Assembly: GCA_951406725.2 (NCBI GenBank)
Contig: OX597817.1
Location: 11,470,001-11,534,000 of the forward strand
Source: Octopus vulgaris
Lineage: Eukaryota
Length of the DNA stretch: 64,000 nucleotides
Direction: 5' to 3'
Shown: positions 12,184 to 24,753 of the stretch, piece by piece
How positions within the stretch are numbered: position 1 is the first letter of the stretch
Layout: every line of letters starts with the position of its first letter
The notes under the pieces: generated by a model
Told to the model about the DNA's origin: nothing
The model's input: only the letters and a program-made list of their open reading frames with translations
The model's database searches: none
Position numbers and translations under genes: made by a program

Positions 12184-13364
12184 AATGGGGAGAGAGTGGA
12201 AAGAAATAGGGGAGAGAGGGGACAGGGAGACAGGTTAAGGGACGAGAGGAGAGGGGATAGAGGGAGAGAGAGAAGGGGAGAGAGGGAGGGAGAGAGTGAG
12301 AAAGAGTTAAATAAGATTCGGATAAAACCTTGTAGAATGCTCTGCAAAGCTCGTTCACAGGTATTGGCTATCAGATGTCATCGCAGAGTGGAAATGCTCC
12401 CGCTACTGGAAAAACGTCGAGAATTCCATAGTATCAGTAGAGTTCATATAAATAGATAAATGATAGAAAATGGAATGAACGACAATTTTTATTTAAGATA
12501 ATATAATTGTTTCGACACATTTTTACGCCTTTAGTACTTTGGTAAGGTATTCTGTAATCATTTAGGTGTAAAGTGCGCCAAGATGTAAAATGAGCCTCCT
12601 CAGGTATAAAATGCGCCTCCTTATGTGACTGTTTACATAGGTTCTTCGTTAGATCATCCCGTCATTTCACTCAATGTGATAATGTTTACCCAAAGTTCTG
12701 TGTCATTTTGAAGTTTACAGACAAAATTAAGCCCACAGTTATAGAGCGTGATCAAATACAACTCCAATTAAAATTCAAAATACACGACTTAATAAACAGA
12801 CAAAAGAAAGAAAAAGTGTGAGTTTTACTATAAATTAATCATTCTATCTTAATTGTGGGATTATAAGAAGCTAAGTTCTCAACAGATTCGAGAATAATAT
12901 GAAGAATAAGATCAAGCATTTAGTGATAAGGAAATGATGAAGTGGTGAAGACTGACCCTTTCAGTACTTATCATCTGTTCCCTTTTATCTTTTAACGATC
13001 TAAATTATCATCCGTCTGTGGCGACAAAACAACTAGCCTCATTCTGAATCGAACGAGCCTCTGTTTAAAGTTATTTCATTGTCGCCAATTTTTATGTGGT
13101 TATTTGAAACAATTAGAAACACATAGTAACTTAGTGTGTATACTTACCCGTCCCGTATAAATTTTCTTCCCAATAACCTCTTACAAAGTAGTGTAGATCG
13201 TTTTACGCGTGCATATACACACACACACACACACACACATTCACACACACACGCACACACACGCGCACACGCACGCAAACACACACACACATATATATAT
13301 ATATAAATATATATATATAAATGAAAGAATGGAGTCGAACGACGATTTAACAAAATTCCTTTAT

Positions 13365-13445
13365 TCTCGACATATGTTTCGAAGACTGCATATTCTTAAT
13401 TCCGAAGGAATAAAGGGTGCATTATGCCGTCTTCTCATCAGGAAA
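13365..13445 (-). ncRNA. Minimal type I hammerhead ribozyme (intact core)
   Basis: UUUC CUGAUGA GAAGAC..GUCUUC GAAA CAUAUG UC GAGA; GUC cleavage triplet; helix III palindrome ACAUAUGU. Confidence 0.8.
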
Positions 13446-13478
13446 GGCAAGGAACTTATGTCAGCATCATGACGAACA

Positions 13479-13543
<65 letters not shown>

Positions 13544-13551
13544 TATTATAA

Positions 13552-13900
13552 TCTTATTATAAAAGGCAGATTTTATCTGCCTCCCTTTGGAGTTATAGAA
13601 ATCTACAATATAGGATTTCTTCAATTACAATTTACCTAGCATTTTTAAGAGTACAATGCATCGCGTCATGCCAGGTCCAGTTTTTAAAATTTAAACTCCA
13701 ATTAAGCAAAATTTACAGAAAACTCATATTCTGGTGTGTGTGTCAAATGCTTTTCTTAGTCTGGTTTACACCACACGCAAACGCACACACACAGTGGGCA
13801 AAGAATAAAATGAAAGTAATTCACTTACTGTAGTGAGTGATTCTTTCACTCTGCCTCCCACTTCCTCTTTCCACACATAGACACGCAAATATATAAATAA
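13552..13900 (+). mobile_element. Possible Helitron-like 5' fragment
   Basis: A|TCTTATTATAAAAGGCAGATTTTATCTGCC resembles the TC-TATATAAAAG start at 15112; no CTAG end found. Confidence 0.3.
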
Positions 13901-14058
13901 AATTGTAAGCTAACGTGCGTGTGTGTGAGTGTGTGTGTGTGTGTGCGCGTGTGTGTGTGTGAGGGTGCGTGTGTGTGTGTGTATGTGTGCGTGTGCGTGA
14001 GTGTGTGACAGGAAAGTTTTTTACGACGAATATAAGACCTATATCCAAGTAGCAGAAA

Positions 14059-14322
14059 GATAAGACAGTAAGGTGTGATTTGAGGGAGATTTGGCTGCTA
14101 TTTCTACCATGTCTAGCTGCCATGTAGGGGTCTCCCTCATAGGCTCATACATACATATATACATAGATAAGACAGTAAGGTGTGATTTGGGGAAATTTGG
14201 CTGCTATTTCTACCAGGTCTAGCTACCATGTAGAGGTCCCCCTCATTGGCTCATATATATATACATACATAAGACAGTAAGGTGTGATTTGAGGGAGATT
14301 TGGCTGCTGTTTCTACCAGGTC
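14059..14322. repeat. Three tandem copies (third partial) of an ~88-bp module separated by short AT/AC microsatellites
   Basis: TAAGACAGTAAGGTGTGATTTG..GATTTGGCTGCT at ~14061, ~14168 and ~14270. Confidence 0.85.
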
Positions 14323-14391
14323 TGTTAGGCCTTCTCATGTAAACTCAAGCTTTCTCATGCCTTGAACATAAGACCAAAGCAGAGAATGTAT

Positions 14392-14640
14392 TCTTTTATT
14401 CTTCTGCTTTTTCCAGCCATTGGTCTGTGGCCATGCTGGGGCAATGCCTTGAAGAATTGTAGTTTAATGAATCAACTCCAGTTTTATTTTTGTAAGCATT
14501 GTACTTATTCTATCTGTTTCCTTTGTCAAACCACTAGGTGACAGGGATGTAAACAAACCAACATTCGTTGTCAAGCAGTGGTGGAGGACAATCACAAGCA
14601 CAGACACGCACACACACACACATACATGCATACACATATA
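14392..14640 (-). mobile_element. Diverged SINE family A 3' half
   Basis: GTGGCCATGCTGG, GTACTTATTCTATC and GTTGTCAAGC blocks. Confidence 0.65.
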
Positions 14641-14690
14641 CACACATACATACATACATACATATATATATATATGTGTGTATATATATA

Positions 14691-15013
14691 TTGCAGCGTG
14701 GAAGGTGTTTGTAAGCCATTTAAGAAACACACAAAAACCGTTACATTCACTTCAACATTTAAATTTAATTTGCCAAAATATTTTCGTCGCTTTGAGACCG
14801 CGACCTGTTCACTGACAAAAATATCGTGCTAACAGGTCGCGGTCTCAAAGCGACGAAAATATTTTGACAAATTAAATTTAAATGTTGAAGTGAATCTAAC
14901 GGTTTTTGTGTGTTTCTTAAATGGCTTATAAACACCTTCAACGCTGCAACTGTTTTCGTTCCAGCACACGATCTCAGATCAAGTCACTTGCTATGCAAGT
15001 ACATCTCTGTAAC
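14691..15013. mobile_element. Foldback element: 119-bp inverted arms (14691-14809 / 14831-14949) plus one-sided tail, in (TA)n
   Basis: TTGCAGCGTGGAAGGTGTTTG...CGACCTGTT / AACAGGTCG...AAACACCTTCAACGCTGCAA; contains an HHR variant. Confidence 0.85.
14769..14819 (-). ncRNA. Hammerhead ribozyme variant with G3:C8 core
   Basis: UUUGUCA GUGAACA G GUCGC ggucucaaa GCGAC GAAA AUAU UU UGGCAAA; 7-bp helix I, 5-bp helix II, palindromic helix III. Confidence 0.65.
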
Positions 15014-15111
15014 TATATATATATTTATATATATATATATATGTATATTGGTAAAAACAGTAAGATAACAAAAGAAAGAAAGAGACCTCAATATTATGTA
15101 AATAGAGGAAA

Positions 15112-15505
15112 TCTTTATATATAAAAGTGAGGTTGTGTGTCTGTCTCCTACGATTTAGATTCCTAACTACTCCCACATTTTGCGGTGCAGTTTAACCAAA
15201 ACCGGGTATCTTATAGTCGTGATTCATATCGAGACCGTCTGGGTATTAGCGCGCGTCTACGATGAGTCTACGATTTAAAAAAAATTTACCATCAATTTTT
15301 CCCATTTTTAATCCATTTTTGACATATATAAGGGAAGTAACTCTCTAAAATTTATTATTAAATCTCAGAACGTAAAAAGCTACAGTAACACCCCTCCCCC
15401 TTTGTGGTTAGCCATATTGAGATGGCTATTATACTTTACATCTCTAAAAATGCTTATATAATTATTTCCCTTACAAACCCGAGCAACGCCGGGCGATACT
15501 GCTAG
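15112..15505 (+). mobile_element. Complete non-autonomous Helitron (~394 bp)
   Basis: A|TCTTTATATATAAAAG ... CCCGAGCAACGCCGGG hairpin, CGATACTG CTAG|T; AT target, no TSD. Confidence 0.85.
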
Positions 15506-15933
15506 TATATATATATGCTCATATATATGCTTCTTACTAATATTCTTGCTATCATTACCGTTTACAACAATATATGTCGGGTTGAAAAGTTTTACCCACA
15601 TCCAATGTATTCTGTATATATTTATGTACCCACGCGTGGATCCATAAATAGACGTGTGTATATACAAAAACATACACATGTATTCATCTACACATGCGCA
15701 TATATATACTTCTTACGTACTTTCTCACTATTATGGAGTTAGGAAAGAGATAGTATAATAAAGTAAAATGAAATATATCCACATATAACTATTCATATAT
15801 AGACGTATATACACTTCTAACAAACATTCTTAACCTGAGTCTAAGTTAGGTACAAGGTAATTCATATAGTTCGATATATATGTATATAAGTAAATAAATG
15901 GAGTTGAACGCAGGTGTTATTCAAATTCTTTTG

Positions 15934-16019
15934 CTTTCGACATATGTTTCAAAGACAACATTGGTTTTACTCCAAAGGAATAAACGGTGTAAAATAATGT
16001 AATCTTCTCATCAGGAAAG
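15934..16019 (-). ncRNA. Minimal type I hammerhead ribozyme (same family as 13365)
   Basis: CUUUC CUGAUGA GAAGAU..GUCUUU GAAA CAUAUG UC GAAAG. Confidence 0.8.
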
Positions 16020-17659
16020 AAAGAGAACTTATCTCAACAACAAGACATTATAACAATTTTGATGACTGCATAAATGATTAACAGAACGCTATTAAGTATT
16101 TGAAAAAAAAAACGTTAGTAGATCTGGCGTCAAAGGCAGACCATAGGAAGAGAAAGGGTAAAGAAATAATAAGTAGACAACAAATAAAGATGGATATATT
16201 GGTTGAAAAAAATGTTCAAAGGCTTGGAAGTAGATTTCTCTATTGAAGTAAAGTGCACATCCTTGTTACTTGCGTGAATTTTGCTACCCTAGTAACTGTT
16301 TATTGAATTTTCCATGTTAGATATAAACAAGGGATAATTCATTCATCAATATATATATATACATCATGTATATATGTAGAGAGAGAAAGAGAGAGTGGCA
16401 CACATAAACAGAAACAAAAAGACAGAGAGATGTAGTTATGTGGATCAACAAATTAGACACATTAAATATATAAATATATGAAAGATAATAGTTTGGTAAG
16501 AAACACAAGAGATTCATATATGCATACATGAAAAATGAGTGAAAGCAAAAGGTGGAGACTTTCAGATGAATTCTTACGTGAAAATATACAGATAGTAATA
16601 TTAATACGGCCAAATTACACAGAGTACATACAACAGAGAAAATCAAAGGGGTGGAAGAAAAGTGTTATAAGTCCAACAGCTGTTCCTGGGAGGCTTGGAG
16701 ATCTATAATAAAGTTTGTATATGTAGTTCATCACAATATGCAGCCGTATGGATGCAATTAACATTGGATAGGACGAGCCTCTGTCATCAGATCGCTAACC
16801 ATACTTCGCCACCACAATCCCTCATTACTTAATTGGTTCTCAGATGTAATACTGTCTTATAAACACAAGTTTTATTCATCATTTGCTCTTTTTGTTAAAT
16901 CTATGTAGTCCCATAACTATAATTATCCTTAATGAAATTAACCCTGGGATACGAAATGGTCAGCCCACCAACATACCACCTGAACTAACACCACCCTATT
17001 AAACTCTTCCTTCTCATTGCTACCTTTGAAAATCCCTCTAGCTCACCATATCCCACCTCCCCCATAGTTACCCATCCTCAGAAGTGGTATTCTTTCCCTT
17101 CTTTCATTTCTCCTCTTCAACCAAAAGCACTTAATACTACTCTGCTCAATTGGATACTAACCTATCAACCTCTCACTCCCTCTCTATTCACCTCCATTCT
17201 GTTCAATTTCATACACCTGTTCATACCTCATTACTCCTATACCAACCCACATTCCTTATTCTACTTCCCAATATATAAGCTTAGCGGTTAAGGTCATGTC
17301 TGATTACAAAATGTGTCCAAATATAGTTAAAGGAAATTATTATAATGTATAAGGTGAAAGAATTTTGGTCAGTAATAGACTTGTTCAAATAAGGCAGAAA
17401 GTAGGATCTCAAGAAATTTGTAGCAGGGATATTGCATGTTCCTAGCGAGACCGACACTTACGAAGATTTCTTTAAGATATTAACAAAACCGCAATGTTAT
17501 AGTTTATAGATCGAAAATGAGATTTTGTCACAAAGAGTTTATAAAAAATAATTTTATTTAAAAACCTTATTAAAATAATTCATGCTTTAGAACTTTTAGA
17601 AAACAATCTAAATTAGTGCTGAACAGTTAAAATTTTGTTTCGTAGAAAATAAAAATATA

Positions 17660-17824
17660 GGCGCAGGAGTGGCTGTGTGGTAAGTAGCTTGCTAACCAAC
17701 CACATGGTTCCGGGTTCAGTCCCACTGCGTGGCATCTTGGGCAAGTGTCTTCTGCTATAGCCCCGGGCCGACCAATGCCTTGTGAGAGGATTTGGTAGAC
17801 GGAAACTGAAAGAAGCCCGTCGTA

Positions 17825-17869
<45 letters not shown>

Positions 17870-18080
17870 TTGTGTATCTGTGTTTGTCCCCCTAGCATTA
17901 CTTGACAACCGATGCTGGTGTGTTTACGCTCCCGTCACTTAGCGGTTCGGCAAAAGAGACCGATAGAATAAGTACTGGGCTTACAAAAGAATAAGTCCCG
18001 GGGTCGATTTGCTCGACTGAGGGCGGTGCTCCAGCATGGCCGCAGTCAAATGACTGAAACAAGTAAAAGGGCAAAGAGTA
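17660..18080 (+). mobile_element. SINE family A, full length
   Basis: GGCGCAGGAGTGGCTGTGTGG (A box), GGTTCAGTCCC (B box), internal microsatellite, LINE-like tail. Confidence 0.92.
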
Positions 18081-18101
18081 TAGCAAAACCAGTAGTGCAC
18101 G

Positions 18102-18486
18102 TATGAGGGGTTACCCAAAAGTAATTGGAAACGTTCTCTGTGGGGAAAAGCCCGTTGTAGTTTAGACGACTTCCGCCGCTAAAACCGATTTGATGCGACC
18201 GATTTGATACTAGCGTATCCTGGAGATCCGAATAACGAATTTTGAGCGAGGAATTGCGAATAAAAAGAGTTGCAGCAAAGTTTGTGTCTCACTTGCTCAA
18301 GGAAAGATCAAAAGCAGTCACAGCTGAATGTGTGTCATGAACTGAAAAAACAAGAGTTCCAGCACTACTCCGAACAGTTGAAAACGCATCTGGACCGATC
18401 CACTGGATAAAGGTGTAAACATTTAAAACTAAGTGAATAAAATAATATTTCACAATTCCGTTTTCTTTTGGTTACCCTCTCACATA
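18102..18486 (+). mobile_element. Internally deleted mariner element (MITE-like, family M1)
   Basis: Imperfect TIRs TATGAGGGGTTACCCAAAAGTAATTGGAA / TTCCGTTTTCTTTTGGTTACCCTCTCACATA. Confidence 0.7.
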
Positions 18487-18584
18487 TTTTTGCGTTGAAT
18501 TACATATAAATTTGATCGAAGCATATTTTTCTATAAAAAAGTGATATTTCATTGGACAACTTTTAATTTTTCCAGAGGGTCTTT

Positions 18585-18624
<40 letters not shown>

Positions 18625-18785
18625 CGTGAAAAGGAAACTCTAAGTAACAGTTTCCGTGATGTCTTTGCAGCTTTACTAATAAAGCATATTACTCTACCTC
18701 CGGTATTCGAGTACTATTTTCTCCACCTTGCTTCACATTTATGTGCTTACTCTGGTGCACACACACACACACACACACACATACA

Positions 18786-18882
<97 letters not shown>

Positions 18883-18927
18883 GTATGTATATATATATTT
18901 TATTTTTTAAAAATTTTATTTTATCTG

Positions 18928-18989
18928 GTTTCAGCTCACGAGCTGTGGCCATGCTGGGGCACCGCCATTTGGTGCATGAGAGAGTTCGA

Positions 18990-18990
<1 letters not shown>
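18928..18990 (-). mobile_element. Very short 3' fragment of the LINE at 8001
   Basis: Identical tail GTTTCAGCTCACGAGCTGTGGCCATGCTGGGGCACCGCCATTTGGTG. Confidence 0.8.
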
Positions 18991-19043
<53 letters not shown>

Positions 19044-19198
19044 TATATATATATTTAAGTAAGTGAATGAATTATTCTAGTATGGATAATTCGGTTAATC
19101 GATACCTGGGTAGCAAATTCACGTCAGAAAACACGGTTGAAGCTACATGCCAAGGGCAGAAACCCCGTGTCCTTGTTTGGAAATTTGTGTGTTCTTTC

Positions 19199-19259
<61 letters not shown>

Positions 19260-21763
19260 GATACATATATATAGGGAGAATTCACGAAAAAAACAAAATT
19301 AAAAAAAAGTCTTTTGTTTTATATTTCATTATTATTTTATTATTTTATTATTCTATATATCTATATGTCCATGTATATTTTTAGTATTCATATATTTTTA
19401 TATTTCTAATATATCAATATATGTTCCAGATCGTACAATTCTCATTTTATCTTAATTAAACTTGTATATGTATGTGTTCATCGTAGTCTGCCTGATTTGA
19501 GCCTTTTCTATTGTATCTATTATACTTGTCTAGCGCCTCGGTTTCGACCTGAGCACTTCTACGCTATGTATGTTTCCGAAAGAAAATTATAATTATATAT
19601 ATCCTTATTATATATGCCTTTTATCCTTTCGGGGTCGATAAATTAAGTACCAGTTACGTACTGGGGTCGATCTGATTGATAGCCCCCCTCCTCCAAAATT
19701 TCTGGACTCGTGATTAGAGTAAAAAGGAATATATTTATTCCCTTGCTCACGCTCTCACAACCTCACAGAAATGCTTTCCCTCCAGTTACACTAGACTCGC
19801 TTCAAGATGCAGATACACAGCGATACTTGCATCTAGAGACCCATGTCTTCTTCCTTCTTAACACGCATCCACAGAGAACAACCTATCACCTGTAGAAAGC
19901 AGCATAAAATGTAGGGAAGACAGGAAGTTGCAGGAGTCTTGCTTGGGTATGAAAAGAAGGGCCAAATCTTGAGATGCTGTCTAAGATCATGCGTTCGCTA
20001 TGAGAGCTCCTTAAAAATAGTGAGTTTAATCATTCCGAGGGACCTCAAAGGCTCTCATTGTATGCATCTCATGTTTAACGGTAAAGAGGCACAATGAGGG
20101 TTTCTTCATACGAACAGTGCTCGCATCATGTTGTTGCTATTGAAGAGGATTATAGTCTTATGGGGGATGCTTTCGAGGTCTCTGTTCATGCAATCAGCAA
20201 GGGCGCGGCGCAGGAATTTAAGTTGCAGTGTGTATAAGTAGCCAACTAAGAGAGTATAATGAAGGATGCATCATAAACTAAGTGCGGGCGTTATTGATAC
20301 AACAAGTAAGTATTAATATAGGGGATTAAAAGTATAGGGGAGTAAGAACATATAATCATACTCTAGGAAATACCAAAGTTGATTGAGCGTGGGTCAGAAC
20401 GAACTCTATCGGCACAGGTCATGATAGTTCGTTCTAATTGTAAAATACCGATCCAAGTAACGAGAGATTATTGGAGCCTGTAGGTGGGTAGTTTTGGTAG
20501 AAGATTGCCTGCTTAATACTGTCACAAGCTTTGCTATATTGCAGACAACAACTTTGCATGTTACAGTGAAAGTTCGCTGGTAAAAGAGAAAAGTAAACAT
20601 TTTTAAAAAGTAAACAAATGAGTGTAGGTTTGGAGCTTGTAAATATATGAAAACCGTTCTGAAGGTCATCAAGGAGAGAGAGAGAGAAAAACAGACAGAC
20701 AGACAGAAATACAGACTAAGAGGGAGAGAGAGAGAGAGACCATGTGCGTGAGAGAGAGAGAGAGACCATGTGCGTGAGAGAGAGAGAGAGACCATGTGCG
20801 TGTGAGAGAGAGAAGGGAGAGAAGTGCGAGAGAGAGAGAAAGAGAGAAAGAGAGAGAGAGAGAGAAAGAAAGAGAGAGAGAGAGACACACACACAGAAAC
20901 AGAGACAGAAAATGAGACATTAAAGAATTCCTGTGTTAATGACTGTCTCCAATACCTTTGTGGTGTTGGAAGTGAGCGTGTTAGGGCGATAGTTGGTAGG
21001 TCAAAGCAGATGTACTTCATGAGAATGGAACACACGTGTAACAATATTTAGTCAATCTCCACAGATGGGACATGATGAATGAGTTTCTTCGCACAGAAAA
21101 GGAAAACAATGGTAAAGCAAAACGAATGAAAGAAAAAAACAGAAAGCAGTAAGCAATGAATCTGAGATTTAAAATTAATTGCAGACATCGCAAAAGGCAT
21201 TGGGAATACATTTCAATCCCATTGGGGAGATGCGAATTAAATACTTAGATATGTCAGATTATACAATTGCCGTTGTTTAATACAATTATATAAATATATA
21301 CATATGATATCACATGTGTGTGTCTGTGTGTATTTGTGCATGCGTGTGTAAATGTATGTGTGTCTGTGTGTATTTGTGCATGCGTGTGTAAATGTGGTTT
21401 GTGTGTGTATGTATATATACACACAAATACATATATGGAAACATGAATGGATGAATGCTTAAATAGATACAACTCGTATATGAATCAAAAACAGCTCCTT
21501 AGAGACTAAAGGAATGGGAGAATTCAATTAAGGCATAATAAGAGAATTTTGGAAAAGGAAATGCTGGAGATAGGAGAAACAAAATATAGACATATATCAG
21601 AGTGTTCTGAGATTCTTGTAGAAAGTTTGTCTATATGGATATAAATTATATACATATGTGTTTCTATGTGCACTACACATTTATTCATATATAAATATAC
21701 ACAACAATAGTTATAGACATAGTCATATCCACGTTTACATTAAATGTGTCAACTATCTATCTG

Positions 21764-21858
<95 letters not shown>

Positions 21859-21959
21859 GTGTGCCTGCCTGTCTGTCTGTGTGCCTGTCTGTCTGTCTGT
21901 GTGCCTGCCTGTCTGCCAGTCTACCTGTCTATCTATCTACTTGTTTATCGAACTGTCTA

Positions 21960-22011
<52 letters not shown>

Positions 22012-22156
22012 CCCATCCTTCCATCTATCCATCCATCTATCTACCTATATGTTTGTCCGTCTGTCTTGCTACCTGTATAGGTTTAGTGATACAAACGGGA
22101 AACTAGAACTGGAAACATGAGTATAAACTTACACACACACACACACACACACACAA

Positions 22157-22560
22157 GAGTTAAGGAATAGAGCCGGGCTAGATATGTTACATAGCGAGCG
22201 GAACCTCAGAAGCGGTAAATATCCAAGCGAGGTGTATACCGCAAGCTACTCTTCAGGCCCAGGATATCTTGCTTAAATAGAAGTTTACATTGTCACAAGG
22301 AGGTACATGTTAACACATGGAAGATTGGATATTTACCACTTCTGTGGTTCCGCTCGCTATGAAACATCTTATCTACTCCATTTCTTAACTCGTGTATTTT
22401 TATTCGCACACCCGGCAACTCTGGTTCCCTACCTCAAATAGAAAAAAATAACTTTTTTCAGTTTATCGTACTCCAAAACGAAAAAATCCACGACCTTCCA
22501 TCTCAAAAAAACCATCATTGTCCCTGAAAGTTGTTTTTTTTTTTATATTTTCTACGGATT
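22157..22560. mobile_element. HHR-bearing pLTR-like element with 5' inversion; same family as 50167-50470
   Basis: 22157-22312 is the reverse complement of the 50167 family 5' part; 22325-22560 is its 3' part in direct orientation; the overlap creates an inverted repeat. Confidence 0.75.
22173..22263 (-). ncRNA. Degenerate hammerhead ribozyme
   Basis: CCUGGGC CUGAAGA GUAGC..GCUAU GUAA CAUAUC UA GCCCGG (GAAA->GUAA). Confidence 0.6.
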
Positions 22561-22662
22561 TCTTGAAGCCAACTTTCTTCTGATACCTCGATCAATGAAT
22601 CTTATATAATAATAACAACAACAACAACAACAACAATAACAATAATAATAATAATAATAATA

Positions 22663-22695
<33 letters not shown>

Positions 22696-22756
22696 ATTAT
22701 AGTGGTAATCATCATCATCATCATCATCATCGTCATTATTATTATTATTATTATCA

Positions 22757-23602
22757 TTCAGTAGTTTTATTTTTATAGCGTGCTTTCACTTCACTACCGA
22801 GCGCAGCTCTGTGTGCCTTGGGTATGTGCTGTGATTTGTTGTGATGCTCTGATGGTTATTGTAGGGAAAGTGTTCTGCGTAGGATGTGTGCATTGTCTAG
22901 TAGTGCAATTTTCTGTATGTTATATGTGTTTGTAAGTCCTGGTGTTTTTGTTATGTATTTGTCTGAATATTTTTTTATCATGCCTAATGCACCTACTATG
23001 ATAGGAATTGTTTCTGTTTTCAGGTTCCACATTCTAGTTATCTCTATTTCCAGGTCTTTGTATTTTGAGAGTTTCTCCATTTCTTTTAGAGACACGTTGT
23101 CATCTGCCGGTATTGATACATCAATTAGAAAGCATTTTTTTCTTCATGATCTCTGACAACTATATCTGGTCTGTTGGCCTTAATTTCTCTATCTGTGTGT
23201 ATCGGCATATCCCAGAGTATGGTTGCTTTCTCGTTTTCTGTGACCTTTTCTGGTGTGTGCCTATACCATCTTTTTTCTGTTGTTATTCCATAATGTTGGC
23301 ATAGCTTCCAGTGTATGTAGGTTCCAACTCTGTCATGTCTGTGAATATATTCCTTCTTAGCCAGGACTGGGCAGCCAGAGATAATATGATTTATTGTTTC
23401 TTGTCCATCTCCACATATTCTGCAGTTACTTGTTATATTTCTTTTCTTTACATGTCTTTGGTAACTTCTGGTGGGGAGGCTTTGGTCTTGTGCTGCAATT
23501 AAAAATCCCTCTGTCTCTGCTTTGAGTCCTGAGCTTCTCAACCATTGCTGGGATTTTTCTTTGTCTATTTCTTTTGCATTTAGTTTAGTCCAGTATTTAC
23601 CA

Positions 23603-23603
<1 letters not shown>
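22757..23603 (-). mobile_element. 5'-truncated R4/Dong-type non-LTR retrotransposon (CCHC knuckle + restriction-like endonuclease), frameshifted
   Basis: AAQDQSL, CRICGDGQETINHIISGC, RHD, RPDIVV, EKLSKYKDL, IPIIVGALG, IQKIALL..AHILRRTL; flanked by (TAA)n. Confidence 0.88.
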
Positions 23604-23659
<56 letters not shown>

Positions 23660-23680
23660 CATTATTATAATTATTATTAT

Positions 23681-24753
23681 TCTGAATGACTCTCGGATAG
23701 TTCTTAATTACCGGTTGATCTTTACTTGAAAGCAGGCAATAGCAAATCACCAAAGGTTTCAAGTAGTGCCTTCTCCTGTGACTCAAAGAGACAATACTCT
23801 CCTTAGAATGCAAGCTGTACCCAACAATGCTGTATCCTGGATCACTTTCTTGCTTGACAGCAGCTCAAATATTCTAATTATGCTTTTCAAAACTGCTCCT
23901 AATGCTCCATTTACCACCGGTATCACCATTACTTTCCTCATGCTCCATAACTTTTCTATCTCGTCCCTCAGTGGCTGGTATTTCTCACTCTTTTCTGTTT
24001 CCTTACGTTTCACCCCCGAATCGCCTGCTATCATAACATCTATTATCTTTGCTTCATTTTCATCTTTCTGGAAGATCACGATATTTGGCCGTCTCACCTC
24101 TATGACTTGGTCGTATTGTATGTTAAAATCCCCAGAGTATTTTGTATTGTTAGTTTTACATTACTCCCTCTGGCTTGTCTTCGTACCACTATTCTGCTCT
24201 CTCGAGATTTGCTTTACCGCACAACAGCCAGTAGACATATCTGGCCACATTGTCGTATTTCTTATTGTATTCGCGTTGTGCGAGCTTACAGCACTCACTT
24301 ATATATTGCTTACACTTTCTCCCTTCTCAGAGCACATCCTACATTTTGGCGAGTCAGTACTTTTATCAATGTGATATTTGGTGTATTTTGTTCCGAGAGA
24401 TTGTTCTTGAGCTTTCAACGGGCCCTTTTAATGCTTCAGTTGGCCCTTTTAAGTCTCCTTTCTGCAGTCATTGCTAGGTTCTATTCCAAACAATCTCATC
24501 TTTCTTCTTCAAGAACTGTTTTTTCTTGTCCTGCCAAATTTTCTTCATCTCATCTCTCTGATCTTTCTTAAACTGTGTTGGGTCTACTGCTTCGTTCACT
24601 TTTAAGGTTCCCTGCATTTTCACTTCTTCAGTCATTTCTTCTTTACCCAACCCATGACATACCAAGCCAGGCTATTCTTCTCTTCCCTTACACAACCTTC
24701 ACTGCACACCAATCCCAGTCATCCTTCTTTCCTCTTTACATACAATCTTGACA

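Noticed and set aside
17627-17908. Recurrent peptide family (…EDTCPRCHAVGLNPEPCGW…)
   Set aside because: Antisense translation of SINE family A, not a gene family.
19890-20650. Possible decayed coding sequence
   Set aside because: No motif could be recognised in any frame by eye; left unassigned.
23766-24571. 202-aa and 154-aa plus-strand ORFs
   Set aside because: Antisense to the R4/Dong fragment.
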